From positions 868,001 to 932,000 of the forward strand of contig VJWM01000106.1 of NCBI GenBank assembly GCA_010909165.1: a DNA stretch of 64,000 bases, read 5' to 3'. Position 1 is the stretch's first letter. Every line of letters begins with the position of its first letter. The translations under genes and the position numbers were made by a program. This DNA is from Anthoceros angustus. Taxonomy: Eukaryota > Plantae > Anthocerotophyta. Shown piece by piece: positions 46,291-59,585 of the stretch. Under the pieces are notes generated by a model that worked only from the letters and a program-made list of their open reading frames with translations, had not been told where the DNA came from and searched no databases.

Positions 46291-49015
46291 AGATGTTATT
46301 GCCCCGGCAAGCTTCCCTGCACTTCTCTCACTCAGTCTGCTGGTTCTCACCACTCGACCTGTAGTGTGTGCCAGCACGGGCTTCAAAGATTCAGCAGGGT
46401 CTGGATGATGTGCAGTCAATGCTGCAATCCTCGCATCTACCCAAGGAGGGTTGTGCTCACTGCCAATCCACAAACCCTTTTCCGTTATGTTGTCCACAAA
46501 ATGTAGGGACGTCTTCCTTCTCTTGCTGAGCATGTCGTCAGACCTCTGTTTATGCTTTTCAAAGAACTTCTCCCACAACTCGGCCGGCTTCGATGCGCTC
46601 GCCGAGCTCATCCTCTATTTTCCCGCTCGCGGTGCCATTCTCGCGAGTCCCTAGACCACGAGATGCATTCTTCCTACTTATTAAGGTCCTGCAGCTGTCC
46701 AGCAATAACGTCCAAGAAAGGCAGAAATTCTGCTCCCAATTTGCTCTCTTTAGGGGTTGCCCCCACCTCCTCGGAGCAGGTCGAGGGGCATAGTCTGCCT
46801 CGCCAGTCGGTTCCACACTACTTGCACCGATCGCGACCCCGACCAGGTATGACCTCTCCAGGTCCGTTCGTTCCTGGTGTCTCTGGCGCAGCTTTTCTCT
46901 CCACCTACTCTGACCCATGTTGCCCTCAACAGGTTCCCGGCCTAGTACTTGGAGATAAGCGAGGCGGCTTTCAGCATTCGGATTCTGCCATCCGGCTCTT
47001 CTCCATACCCGTTCACCAATACCTTTCAATAGGTTTTCTCCATCACTCCCGCGGACCAATGCTTGTTCCACCATAGCCAGCGGCACAAAATTCCTCATCT
47101 TTGGCTGCCCATAGATAATGCCTCACAGCTGTTGTCCAATTTGTGGTCACATACAGCTGAGATTTGTCTTGGCTCTGTTACCAAACGTCCCAACCTGGAA
47201 TTTCTACCCTCAAATCGGACTTGACCCTCAAGAATGGCTATGTATTTTCACGAGAGGTTCCTACCCTCTGATCGATCAGACTTGAGCCTCAAGAATGGCT
47301 ATGTATTTTCGCGAGAGGTTCCTGTTTGTACATCCTTGGTGGTGCAGGCCAAGAAGGCCCAGCCACCTGTGCTAAACGGGATTTAATCCCGTTCAACAGG
47401 CTATTCAGCAAATTCCTCGACTTATCCTAATTACCCTTATTTCCTAATTACAGGAAATAAAAATATGTCTGAAATATCCTGATACCTGTTCAGGCTAAGA
47501 ACTTGCAGTGTTTTAAGTTATGTATATCATCCTTGATTGGGACGCTGGACTCCCTAAAGCAAGTTCTTAAGATAATGGAACATAAAGATAATTGCAAAGT
47601 TTGCTTTTACTCCATTCTATACTACAGTTTATACTACCGTTATATCACATCGTGCATAATGCCTTCCATCCAAGCCATTAGTGCCTTCCATCCGAGCCAT
47701 TAGAACGTAGCATGCTAGTTTGCAGTTATTTCATCATCAAACTCACTTAACATTTTTCTTACTTCAAATATGTATAAGATAATAATCGTGGAGACATTAC
47801 TTTATTACATTTAAAAGATTATAGATAATGGTACAAAAAATTTAATTTAGGTTATATAAATTTTAATATTTCATATTATTGATATAAGTAACTATTATAA
47901 AGAGAATACTTAATTTTTATTTTCAAATAATATGGATATTATCTAGATCCGTCCTTAAATCTAAAAACTATTTATTTAAAAATATGTGCGTATAATTATG
48001 TATTATATATATAACTGGGTACATATACATATTTTTTGCAGTGCCTAATTTTATAGATTAGTTTTACTTTACCAAATGGCCCGCATGGATAAAAACATGG
48101 TCCACTAGGCAGTCAGTTGCATAAATAGCTATATAACCTATGGTATATCCCACACCATAAAAGATATCCAAGTTTACCCAAGTAGTAGGAATTTTTATTT
48201 GGATGCGGTTATCATGTATAGGTTGATTCATAGAAAATTGGGAATGAGTGCAAATTGAAAAGATGAGAACGAAGAAAGGTTGATCACGTCACATATTTAT
48301 TTTTCCATACAAGGGATGTGAGCATAGCAGATATAAAAACTAATCTCATAAGATGCAAATCTTAAGTGCGCAGTGTGGAAAAAGGCAAGAAATACCTCTC
48401 CAGCCGCCACTCCACTTATGAAGCATTCCATCTTGAATGAGCAGCAAGGCGAACTCAGATATAGCAAAAGACAACAATGAAGATGATGCGACGATGTTCC
48501 ATGATGGTGATGGTAACCAAACAACAATTTTTCATACGGTATCAAAGGTAAAATGCTATTCAAAATTCATACCATCGAAATTTTTTTCTTTTGAGAATAG
48601 GACTGAAAAGTCTCTCTAGGTGGGTGTCGGGTATGAGAACATCGATGGACAAAACAGACTATAAAGAAAATATAAATACTACTAAAAAAATTTAAGCTAA
48701 ACTGCTATGGAGTTTTCTAGTGGAGAAATTAGTCCACGAAAAGAAGGAAATAGAGTACATAAGATAATTAAGAACAGAGACATAGACCAATTAACTTTTA
48801 AGCTTTTCTGACTACATCACGAGCTAAACATATAGGAATATATAACATAGGATCTATGTTATGATATTTATAAATATATATTATAAAATAATAAAGTTGA
48901 AAAATAATATAACAACATAACTATAAGCATATCAAACATTATAACATATTCATTATGAAAACCTCACCTAGATTTACTACAAAACTTTGGTGTAACAATA
49001 TACATCCTATTATTT

Positions 49016-50857
49016 TTAATATTCCCTTGCAAGAAATTCATCCAATTCTGCATCATCAGCATCATTTCCATCTCTATCTTTTTTAAGATTTCTTCTCTTG
49101 CGCCAAATATATGATCGAAACATAATAGGAGGCCCTTTTCTTTTAAAAATAGGAGCCCTAGCACGGGCTAAACTTCGTTGTCTCCTTTCCTCTTGTTCCT
49201 GTTTTTGTTGAAGCAATTTTGCTGCACGCATTCTATACCTTCTTTCCTTCTCCCTTATCTTCTCAGTTTGAATGACAAAGTCAACTGGGATATGTTCAAT
49301 TGTGGCCAAACATTCTTCTAACTTGGCCTCTATATTTGTGAGCATTTGGAGTGTACCTTGAGAGACATCATAATCTAACCCACATCTTGGATAAATTTCA
49401 ATTACCTTACCTGCAATTTGCTCAAAAGAAACCTCATGTTTTTTATCCTCCACGTTTACAGTAGTTTGAGTTTGAAGTGTTTTATGCCTCTCTTCCTCGT
49501 TCTGGATAGCCAGCTCCAAGTCCTTTAGTTGTGAACGTAGGCTCGCTATCTTAGCATCGTTTTTCATTCGTGTAGCTTTATATTTGTTTTGGAGTGACTC
49601 AAGAGCATCTTCAGTATCTTGGCTCTGTTGCATAAGGGCTAGATTTTCTCCCTCCAATTCTCCAAATAATTCTAATAATTGATTCGGTTGTTCGAAGTAC
49701 ATTTTTTCCTCCAATTCATCTTCAATGTCATTTTCTTCTTCGTCCTCCTCATCATCAATATCCCGTATTCTAACTGACATCTTCTCTGCACGTTCTATCT
49801 TTTCTACACGCCCTATATTCTTGTGTGCACTTTCTTGAGCTTTCTTTTCTTTTAGCTCCAAAATCATTTCTTGCCTCAACAACTTTTGTTCCTCTAGCCA
49901 CTCTTTTGGAGTGAGACTCACTAGGAAGTCTTTGTATTTTTTGCAGTCCTCAAATTGTTCTTCAAGTTTGTTCACATCGCTCCGCAGCATTGCAATAATA
50001 CCGTTAAGCTTTTTAATTTCGGAGACTTTATCTTGCTTGATTTTTACCTGAAATTCAGCATTTTTTATTGCTTCTTGTACTCTTTCATCATTTTGCTTCA
50101 AAAAAGCATCAAATTGCATTGTGTCTTCTTCAAGCATGTCTTCACTTTTTCTCAAAGCTTCCTCACGTTGAAAAGTTTTATCTTCAAGTTTCCTGATTTC
50201 AGCACGTTTAATGTCAAGACTCATTTGTACGAGAAATATTTCTCTTTTTTTTTGGATGAACTCTTTCATATTTTCTTTCTCTCTGTGATAATGACTAGTC
50301 TGAAGAATTGGAGTAACTGGGTTTTCTTCCATTACTTTTGCCATTTCTATATCCATTTGCTTTAGAATGCTTTTCAATGCATTTGAGCCAATTGTAGCGC
50401 CCATCCTTGAAGCAAATGTTGTCCTTTCTGCAAGTGGAAGAGTTTGGATTCGTTTGATTTCTTGTCTTTCTCGAATTTTCTCTTCACCTCTAATCTGAAA
50501 TACTTTCTCATCAGGTGGCATAACAAATGGTATTTCATACCACTCATTACAAAGTATCTCCTCTTTGTCAATATGGTCAGGAGATGGAGAATTTTCAGAA
50601 GGTGATTGCCAACTACTTTCTCCAATTCCAACTTTATCCTTAAGATTTGCACCATTATCATGACTATGCGGGGAAGTGGGTCTTGATGGAAGTTGGAGAG
50701 AAGTTGAAGTTGTATCAGAAATATCATCGTTACTGCCTAATCTAGTTTCAGATTTAGTTGAATTAACTGATACTATATCTACATCATTTTGTTTAAGAGT
50801 AGGACTGGCTCCCGACTCTGGCACAAGTGATGCTCTTTTAAGTACGGTAGCTGACAT
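49016..50857 (-). CDS. CFAP100: Cilia- and flagella-associated protein 100 (CCDC37/38, DUF4200), intronless, AT-rich
   Basis: 613-aa coiled-coil ORF with EKENMKEFIQKKREIFLVQMSLDIKRAEIRKLE...FDAFLKQND, MYFEQPNQLLELFGELEGENL, MLTNIEAKLEE. Confidence 0.85.
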   Translation of the reverse strand: MSATVLKRASLVPESGASPTLKQNDVDIVSVNSTKSETRLGSNDDISDTTSTSLQLPSRPTSPHSHDNGANLKDKVGIGESSWQSPSENSPSPDHIDKEEILCNEWYEIPFVMPPDEKVFQIRGEEKIRERQEIKRIQTLPLAERTTFASRMGATIGSNALKSILKQMDIEMAKVMEENPVTPILQTSHYHREKENMKEFIQKKREIFLVQMSLDIKRAEIRKLEDKTFQREEALRKSEDMLEEDTMQFDAFLKQNDERVQEAIKNAEFQVKIKQDKVSEIKKLNGIIAMLRSDVNKLEEQFEDCKKYKDFLVSLTPKEWLEEQKLLRQEMILELKEKKAQESAHKNIGRVEKIERAEKMSVRIRDIDDEEDEEENDIEDELEEKMYFEQPNQLLELFGELEGENLALMQQSQDTEDALESLQNKYKATRMKNDAKIASLRSQLKDLELAIQNEEERHKTLQTQTTVNVEDKKHEVSFEQIAGKVIEIYPRCGLDYDVSQGTLQMLTNIEAKLEECLATIEHIPVDFVIQTEKIREKERRYRMRAAKLLQQKQEQEERRQRSLARARAPIFKRKGPPIMFRSYIWRKRRNLKKDRDGNDADDAELDEFLAREY

Positions 50858-51261
50858 TGTGATGCTTACTTGTATAATACGTAATTCACGGTTAAATCAT
50901 AAATTAATAACAATAGAATTAAATACCTAAATATTATCCCACTTAATTTGACTTATTTGCATAAAATAAGAAGAACTTGGAGACTTTATAAATATGAAGA
51001 CATGGGAAGTCCCGTTTACACTGAGACGATGCAAAACAACCCTTAACACGGCCCTAGGCCAAGGGGGATTAGCCTCCCGCCCCCCTCCCCCGATTGTCCA
51101 TAGTCTTGAATAAGGAACGGCCTACTTACCATCGGAGCTAAAGATGCTGCGTCCCCCATATTTGAAGTCCGTCCTCAAATTTTTTTGCATTTACCAGCAC
51201 CCTCTGCAGAACGATGATTACTCATTGCCGGAAGAAAGCCACTACACAAGAAAGAGGTGTG

Positions 51262-51344
51262 TCCAAATGGCTTAGGCCAAATGGACACACATTTATAAGA
51301 GCGTCATTATTAAGCATCCTGCGCTTAGATCGGTAGACTTAAAT
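51262..51344 (+). repeat. Dispersed repeat, copy A (related to 60343 and 61505)
   Basis: TCCAAATGGCTTAGGCCAAATGGACACAC...TTAAGCATC...CTTAGATCGGTA. Confidence 0.85.
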
Positions 51345-52015
51345 AGAATTTATTTTATTTTTACCTTCAATTTATGGACCCATGGGCAAGGACTTCTCAA
51401 GGTTTATCAAGGCTCATGCTAAAGCATACCACATCCACATTTATAAGAACGAGAAGCATCTAGGTATATGCTGCTATGATATGCTTATTGCAAAAGTGAC
51501 ATGTTAAGAATAATATGTAATCCTGCATCATGAACTTGCATCATAAAATAAGTATATATATTAATATAACTATTTTTAATATTTCATGACGAAGGTCAAT
51601 CTTTAGTTCAGCAATTTTAGCTGCTACCAAAATAAAAAATTTTATGTGCTCAATCAACTACGACAATCTCCGACCGTACTTGAGACCTTCCCTCATTCCT
51701 GAGCCGTATGGATAATTAAGAACTTTGAGAATTTTGCCGTCGTCAGAGAATATTCCCGCCGTTTAGCGGCTCAGACAGCGGCCACGCTCAAGGTTTTCCA
51801 GCTGGCATACATTTCAACGCAAAGATCAATATCGTAAACACAAAGCTGCTGCACTCCATGGAGGTGCTGTTTGAGCTTAGATAGTCATTCTTGGGGATGG
51901 AATCTGCTAAGAAAATTTGCTGTGGACACGCTGACCTTACAATACGGACGAGTCGATCTCACCTAGCTACAAGAAATCTACATGCATATAGGCAGAGCTG
52001 TCTGCCCGGCAACAG

Positions 52016-54560
52016 TTATGCCAGACCAGCCTCCTTCAATACTTCTTCGAATGCGTCGTCGTCGTTATATTGTACCTGAATAAGGAGGAACAGTGACATC
52101 AGACTAGCTACAGGAAGAAAAACATAAACATGGGACAAAATACAGAGAGAAAGCAGTCAACAAGCGCCGTGACTCCATGCAAGTCTAAGACCTCTCACAT
52201 TAGGAATAATGCGGTTGAAATGCCGTGCGATTTTGTCGAGATCTCGTTCATCCTGCTCACTCACCACCAAATTAAAGGCAGCACCTGGCATGAGATCCAT
52301 TCTCGAGAAATTAGCATTCTGAAGCCACAGAGGCAACTTCATCAACAAGCCCAATACTATGGCACTGTTTATACCTTTGCGACCAAATCGTCCACTCCGT
52401 CCAATCCTGTGCAGATAAACTTCGTAGTCGGGCTCATATGGACGGTTTTGCTTAACCGGAATATCAAAATTCACAACTAAAGTCACCTGCAATTGAATAC
52501 AAAGACTCACATTATCGATTTGAGATTGACGAGAGGCCACGAAAGCCCTAGACAAACGCACTCACGTACCTGTGCCTGGTCAAATCCTCTCGCCAGCAAA
52601 TCTGTTGCTATTAGGATCTTTGTCTCTCCAGACCTAAACTCTCGAATGACGCGATCTCGATCATCGTGGCTGAGTCCCCCTTGGATTGAAGTGCACTTGT
52701 GTCCATCTGCTTCTAACCTTCTGTGCAACTCACTGGCACTGCTTCTGCTTCGCACGAAAATGATGGACTGACCAAGCTTTTCTGCTACTGGAAATATTCG
52801 GTCCCTCAATACTTCAATCTTATCCAGCGGGGTTGGACACTTCACTCGATACTGCTTGATTACGTCCAGTGATAAGTTCTCTTTGGGGACAAATATAAAG
52901 TTCGCTCTCTGGACAGTCTTCAGAGCAAATTGCTTCACTTGTTCACTGTAAGTAGCTGAGAAAAGTAATATCTGCCAGGAGCGCACCACACACAGCTTGC
53001 TTCAGCAGACGTGCACCAATTCATAGCGCAACGGGAGAAAAAGAAAAAAGTAACAAGACGAGCTCCTACCTGGAAGTCTCCCCCTCTGGACCTGCTTACG
53101 TCCTTGATGATCCGTTCAGAATCGTCCTTGAAGCCATACTGCAGGTGCCAACAGCAAGTATTACTGAACACCAAACCCTGAGGACAACTACGTTCCGAGA
53201 AGAAATACTCGGCTACAACGGCTAACAAGGTCAAGCTAATATCCCATTACGAAACGCCTCCATAACTCTCATAAAAAAGATGGGCATGGCTTCCTCGCAC
53301 ACCTGATCTAACATATGGTCTGCTTCATCGAAGACAAGCACTTTGATAGTTCTGGTATTCAAAATCTTATCCTTCGTCATCCACCTCTTCAAGGTACCTG
53401 GAGTGCCTATCACAACCTGATCCACCACTAGCCCACGCCTTGTAGAGGAGAGCAAGCTTGACTCAGTCGGAATAGCAAGCACCGATGTGATACCAGTATA
53501 CTTTCCCATTTTCAGCAAAACCTCCTGATTCTGCACACACCAAAACCTCCCTGTGAAACTTGTCCGATAAGCACAACCCGAGCGGCAGCAGCGGCAACAC
53601 CACCATCAATCTACCACATGGTAACACTGCCACTTTCCAGGCCAGCAGGTTCAAGCCACCATCCACACCGACCTGAATAGCCAACTCCCTAGTCGGACAA
53701 ACACAGAGAGCCTGCGGAGCTCTCAAAGTCGGGTCCACTCGGCTAAGCATCCCAAGCACAAAGCACGTGGTTTTTCCTGATCCGTTATGTGCCTGCGCAA
53801 TCAGGTTCTGATACGGCGGCATGACTATCATCGGCAAAGTAATCGCCTGAATTTTGCTCGGCCTCTCAAACTTCATTTCCGAGTAGATCCCTTGCAGCAG
53901 GGCCGGACTCAGCAACAAGTCCTCGAACGAACTAGCCGACTCATAGGGAGTGTTGGGATCGGCAAGCACTTTCTTGATCTGTGTGTCGGACAACGCCTCC
54001 ACATCCTCGTTCAGCTGCGGCGCCTGCAAAGCTACCTCCGGCGTGTCCAATTTCTCGCCATCTTCCACTTTCAGCGATTCAAATGACAGTCCTCCTATCA
54101 GATCTGCCGTCGTCCCCGTCTGAGTCTCCTCCTCTTCCTTCTTTTCAGTCTGCTTCGCCTCTTCCTTTCCCTGCACCTTCTCCTTAACCTGGTCCTTCTC
54201 CTTCACCACCTCCTCCTCCCCCGCCTTCTCGTTCACCTGCTCCTTCTCCTCCCCATTCTCCTTCACCTGCTCCTTTCCCGTCACCTGTTCCTTCTCCTCA
54301 TCCTTCACCTGCTCCTTCTCCCCCTGCTTCTCCTTCACCTGCTCCTTCTCCCCCTGCTTCTCCTTCACCTGCTCCTGCTTTTGCTCCTTCTCCTGCTCCT
54401 TCTCCTTCGCCATCACCGGCGTTCCAACCCGCTCCTCCTGTTCCTGCTCCTTGACCGCCACCGTCACGGCCGGGGCTTCATCCTGGGCCGCGTTCTGAGG
54501 CGGGTCCACCTTCAACGAGCCCAGCGCCTGGCCGGCCAGGTCCTCATCTGACGAGTTCAT
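52016..54560 (-). CDS. LOS4: DEAD-box mRNA-export helicase (DBP5/RH38), multi-exon
   Basis: [63 protein letters not shown]; long Glu/Lys-rich N-terminus. Confidence 0.95.
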
Positions 54561-55311
54561 TCCCGCTCCGTCCTAAACCCTTCCGCTTTCGCAAAACCCG
54601 GCCAAAACACTGTTCTCAGAGCTCTTTAATATACATAGCCGGGAACTCGCACCTTTCTCCAGATTCGAGGACAATTTCACGTAATAATAATACATTTATA
54701 ACACCTAAAAAGTCTTCATGTGACCGTTGGCCCGGTACCTGCTTCACGCTTCGTTCTTGCACAGCGGGCCTCGGCCTGTCAGTGAATTCCAGCTCTCTCG
54801 CTTCATCTGCTGCGGTCGATTCTGCTCCAGCCTCCAGCCTGGCTTTGTCTGAGCGAGCTGGAGAAATCTGCGTCGGTTTCCAGAGACGCACGTTTGTGCG
54901 GCTGGCGGGATTGGACTTCTGCGGTTTCTGGTGCTCGTCTGGTTACACTTTGAGGTGATTCTCGTGAAGCATGTTTCTCCAGGGAGCCGCTCAAGAGGTG
55001 CCGAATTGCGTGTGAATCGCCTTGTTTGGTTGATGGGTTTGCAGGATCCGGCACTGCGGGGAGCTTCGAATTGCTGACGGGTTGTACGGTGGAGAAGGCG
55101 GTTTGGCGGGCGGGGATGAAGCTCCCATGGCTCAGGAGCATTACGGGGATGGGAGTGATGTTCGGTGAACCGATTCCTGGCAATTCACTGCGTCGATTGT
55201 TCCTGCCTCTTGCCTGACGTTTGATTTTTCTGCGTGGGTGTGGGTATGCTGTGTGAGTTGTAGTGTAGGTTGTCTGCATGTGGCTGTGTCTTGCAGGAGA
55301 GTACAGTAGGA

Positions 55312-57367
55312 ATGGTGACAACTGTGCGAGTCGGAGAGAAGCCAATTCGCGGACGAGCTGGTAGGCAACGGCCTTCGAACCTGCTCATTCCCAGTAATGG
55401 AAGAAATCTCTCACAGTTTCAGGTGAGAGGGTCATGCAGTAGAGCATTTTTGTATGTTTCAGTGCTGCCTCAGCTGATGGGTTGCGTCTGAAACAGGGTG
55501 ACAGGTTTATCCCAACCCGGAGTTCCATGGATCTGGATGTTGCCAACTTCAACTTGCTGAGGGTCACTAAGGATAATGCAGCTTCAAATTTAGAGGTTTC
55601 CTCTCCTATTAAGGTTGAACACTGTTCCTAGCCACTGTTAGCTCAGCTCTTCGGGTGTGATGGGCGGCCTGCAGTTTTTTGTTGATTGGGAGGCATTCGA
55701 TTTTTGTGCAGGAGGAGTATAAGCGGCAACTTGCTGAGAATCTGTTGCATGATGTCTCAGCATTGGACAGCCCCAAAATTCTGTCATTCAAACAGAAAAA
55801 TCCTTCTTCACCTTGTTCCTTGCAAGCTGACAAAGCTGGGTTGAGTGTTCCTTCAGCAAAAGCTTTCAGGCACATACCACAGGTCAGTGTCTTCTCATGC
55901 ATCCGATGGAGAGCTGGAGTATCACTTGTCTGACTGGTAGAAGGTTTCTGTTCCTTGTGCAGTCGCCAGTGAGGATCCTGGATGCACCCGAGTTGGTCGA
56001 TGACTACTACTTGAATCTTCTGGACTGGAGCTCCAACAATGTGGTGGCAGTGGCGCTGGGCACCTCGGTCTACTTGTGGTATGCTGATAGTGGAGAAATA
56101 AAGAAACTGATGAACGCATCTGGGGAGGAAGACTTTGTAACCAGTATCTCATGGGCTGAAGATGGGAAGCATATTGCCATAGGACTGAACAGCAGTGAGA
56201 TACAACTGCTAGATGTGATGGAAACACGCAAGGTTTGTTCGTCACTCTAGAGACTTCGCCTACATGCTTTCACTGCCTGGGAGCATAAGTGTTGACACCC
56301 TTATTTCTATATCAAGGTTAGGAGCATGCAAGGGCATCGGTCACGTGTTGGAAGTTTGGCTTGGAATGGATCAACACTTACATCGGGAGGTCGGGACGGC
56401 AACATTTTGAACCACGATGGTACAGCTCTTACCAGGAATGGCTGTTTCATTCACTTGCTTGGTTTTTTGTCAGCCGCTTTCACGATTTACTCACATGCCC
56501 TATGTCGCTATGTGGTTGTTTCTGCAGTGCGGATACGAAACCATATCTCCTCAGTTCTTTCCGGTCACACGCAAGAAGTCTGTGGACTTAAGTGGTCCCC
56601 GTCTGGACAACATCTGGCAAGCGGGGGAAATGACAACGTTCTGTGCATATGGGATGCAAGTCACATAAGTGCAGCAAGACCAGGACAACAGAGCGCGTCC
56701 TTCCTGTACAAAATTGATCAGCACCAGGCAGCAGTGAAAGCCCTTGCATGGTGTCCATTCCAGCGCAACTTACTAGCATCTGGGGGAGGTACAGCTGATC
56801 GGTGCATCAAGTTCTGGAATACACACACGGGGGCTTGCATCAAAAGCGTGGACACGCTATCACAGGTTTGTCAGTCGTTTCCTAAAATGCTCACCCTTGT
56901 TCCTGGACGCATCCACATTTCTCTTGATTATATACCATGGTTTGCTCCGCTTACAGGTGTGTGCACTGGAATGGAGTCCATTTCAAAAGGAAATTTTGAG
57001 CAGCCATGGTTTTAGTCTCAACCAGCTGTGTTTGTGGAAGTATCCCACGATGGTGAAGATAGCCGAACTCAGGGGTCATACTGCCCGTGTCTTACATCTC
57101 GCTCAGGTCAGTAAAGCTCAGGAAGATATCAACCAGGTCCTTGTGTTTGTCAAGCAGCTAATCTGTTGCACCTACCTGTTGCTCCCATTCGATGCTGATT
57201 AGACTACGTATTTCTGACAGAGCCCAGACGGAAGGGAAGTCGTGTCTGCTGCTGCAGACGAGACACTAAGATTTTGGAACGTTTTCGACTCACCTTTGTC
57301 ACATAAGAAGCTCTCTCGCTCTGCTGGAGCACAGGCCGAGAGGATGTCCACGCGGGGCATACGGTAG
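55312..57367 (+). CDS. CDC20: CDC20/FIZZY APC/C activator, multi-exon; start uncertain
   Basis: C-box [32 protein letters not shown]40 repeats, [10 protein letters not shown] and C-terminal IR tail. Confidence 0.93.
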
Positions 57368-58394
57368 ATCGTGTCAACAAGAACACAGTGGACCTGGTTG
57401 AGCTCGATACTTCTTTGTAAATTGTTGTACATCCTAGGCACTTGAAATCAGATTGAAACGCAAAGTGGGTACAATATTGATTCTTTCACAAGGAGCATTG
57501 CTGCCCCAAACTTGATGGAGGTAGGAAGCGCGCATTGACAGTCTTATGTACCTAGTGCAGAATGCTTAGAAGATGGCTTCGAAGAGGAGGCTGGATCACT
57601 ACCAGCCTGTCACCCTTGTTGGGATAGGAATTGAATTGAGTGGCTTGCGTGTTCATGCTTTTTACAACATTCCAGATCGCCTCCAGCCATACGAGGGTTT
57701 CCACTACCGAGTATGTCATAGGATATGAGTAGATACTGCAATGTCGTAGAATCGGGTGGTACTTTTCGACAGCCCTTCACAAAGAGGTTACAAAGTCCAG
57801 CTCTTCGTCTGCCCCTGGTTGCCTGATCCATGCCCTCGTTGCGTCGAGTTGCGCCGCTCATGGCCGCTTCAGGGTTGGGCTCCCCAAGCTTCGAGAGCAT
57901 CCACAGCCCGCATGAGCTGCTCTTATCGACACCCCTTGTTCAATCGTTCAATCGACACAGCTTCGAATCCCAGAGAATCCGAAACTCGTGGCAAAGGTCG
58001 TCAGGCTGCTTCCATCTCCATGCGTGATGATTCCGTAAATGCCCACCTTACGAAAGCAGCAAATGCGAGCGCACAAAGATGCCATTCTAATGCGATGCAT
58101 CTTCAGAATGGCATCTTCAAATAGCATGGTGGGCAGTCGCAAGAACCAGAATATCTTTCTGATAGATTTCTAATTAGGGTAGCTGATTTCCCTTTGCGAA
58201 CCCTGTAGAGAGTGTGGTCTGTATTTTTCTGCCGTCTCAGAGCCTTTAGACTCTGTGTTCTTATTTAGCTACCTACTCATGCTATGAAGCTCTTGAAGTT
58301 CATGGTGTGATTTTCTGTGAAACACCCTCGGAACTGTTTGCAATTGCAGTTCGCAATTGCAGCGTCTGGCAGTAGGTCCAGGTTTGTTGCCATG

Positions 58395-59585
58395 CGGAAT
58401 TCCAGGAAGCTCCGGGTGCCGACCAGCCGAGCCCGGCTGCCGGCCATTCCGGAGAGCTCTTGTGAGGGCACAGACGAGAGCCCTCATGAGAGCGGATGGA
58501 CCAGGTTGGCATCGGAGAGGCAAAGCATGGAGACTCTGACGGCGGAAATGTTCATGCTTCTAGTAAGTAGGCCATCGACTGAAGGGACGAGCAGCAGAAG
58601 GAGGAGAACTTCTCCCAGCAAGTTATGGACTGAAGAGACGAGAAGCAAGAGCAGAAGAATTTCTCCTAGCAGCAACAGCGAAAGGCACCCTGCGTCGGCC
58701 TCTATACCGCGCGAGCAGGTGGCTGTGGTGAGACCCGAGCTCGTTGCCAAGGATGATAATTGGCTCAGGCTGTCAAACCTACAACCACATCCTAAGGAAG
58801 CAACAGGGAACCGCGATGCCGAGCTCAGCAGCATCATCGGCAAGGCACAGGAGCTGGACCTCGCGTTCCTGGTGGACGCTACACGGAGCATGAAACGCTG
58901 CATCGACATGGTGAAGAATGAGGTGGTTTTTGTGGCGGAGGCCATCGCCAAGGCACATCCTCAGCTGAAGCTCCGTGTGGCGTTCGTATCTTACCGGGAT
59001 TACGACGATCCCCCTGACAAGACGTTTGATTTCACCGCCAGCTTCCGCGGCGAGCACAGCTTCTTCGTCAGAGCTCTGGCAACTGTGCGGGCATCCGGCG
59101 CTGGCCTGGACGTAGCGGAAGATGTTTTCAGTGGCCTGGACAGGGTGGCAGATTTGAGCTGGCAGGCTGCTAACCGTGTGTTAATTCACATAGCTGACGC
59201 TCCTTGCCATGGCAGGCGGTTTCATCACGGTGTTGGAGACAGGTACCCGCACGGGGACATCTACGGGCGGGACGTTGGCGTTCTGCTTCGGACCTTGCGC
59301 GATCGGTGTAAAATCTCCACTTACACATTCTGTCACCTGAACAGGAGTACGAGGAAGATGCTGCGGGAGTTTCAGAAAGAGGTCGGGGAAGGCTGGATTC
59401 AGCAAGAGCTGTTTGAAAACGTTAGCCTGATACCGTACAAGGTGGTGGCGGTATCCCAGGAAACAATTTCCAGTACGTTGAGCAGCCTTGGTGTGACCGA
59501 AGATGCAAGCATGAGTGATGGCTGTGGAGTTGTCGATCAGGTGCCCCGAGCAATCGATCAGGAGACTGGAGCAACTGGAATGTGA
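58395..59585 (+). CDS. von Willebrand factor A domain protein of the VwkA/alpha-kinase-associated type, with no kinase domain
   Basis: DLAFLVDATRSM, RVAFVSYRDYDD, AEDVFSGL, W..ANRVLIHIADAPCHG; a short extra exon to about 59693 is possible. Confidence 0.8.
   Translation, partial: RNSRKLRVPTSRARLPAIPESSCEGTDESPHESGWTRLASERQSMETLTAEMFMLLVSRPSTEGTSSRRRRTSPSKLWTEETRSKSRRISPSSNSERHPASASIPREQVAVVRPELVAKDDNWLRLSNLQPHPKEATGNRDAELSSIIGKAQELDLAFLVDATRSMKRCIDMVKNEVVFVAEAIAKAHPQLKLRVAFVSYRDYDDPPDKTFDFTASFRGEHSFFVRALATVRASGAGLDVAEDVFSGLDRVADLSWQAANRVLIHIADAPCHGRRFHHGVGDRYPHGDIYGRDVGVLLRTLRDRCKISTYTFCHLNRSTRKMLREFQKEVGEGWIQQELFENVSLIPYKVVAVSQETISSTLSSLGVTEDASMSDGCGVVDQVPRAIDQETGATGM

Noticed and set aside
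48200-48620. AT-rich short ORFs near the CFAP100 3' end
   Set aside because: No consistent exon chain could be built.
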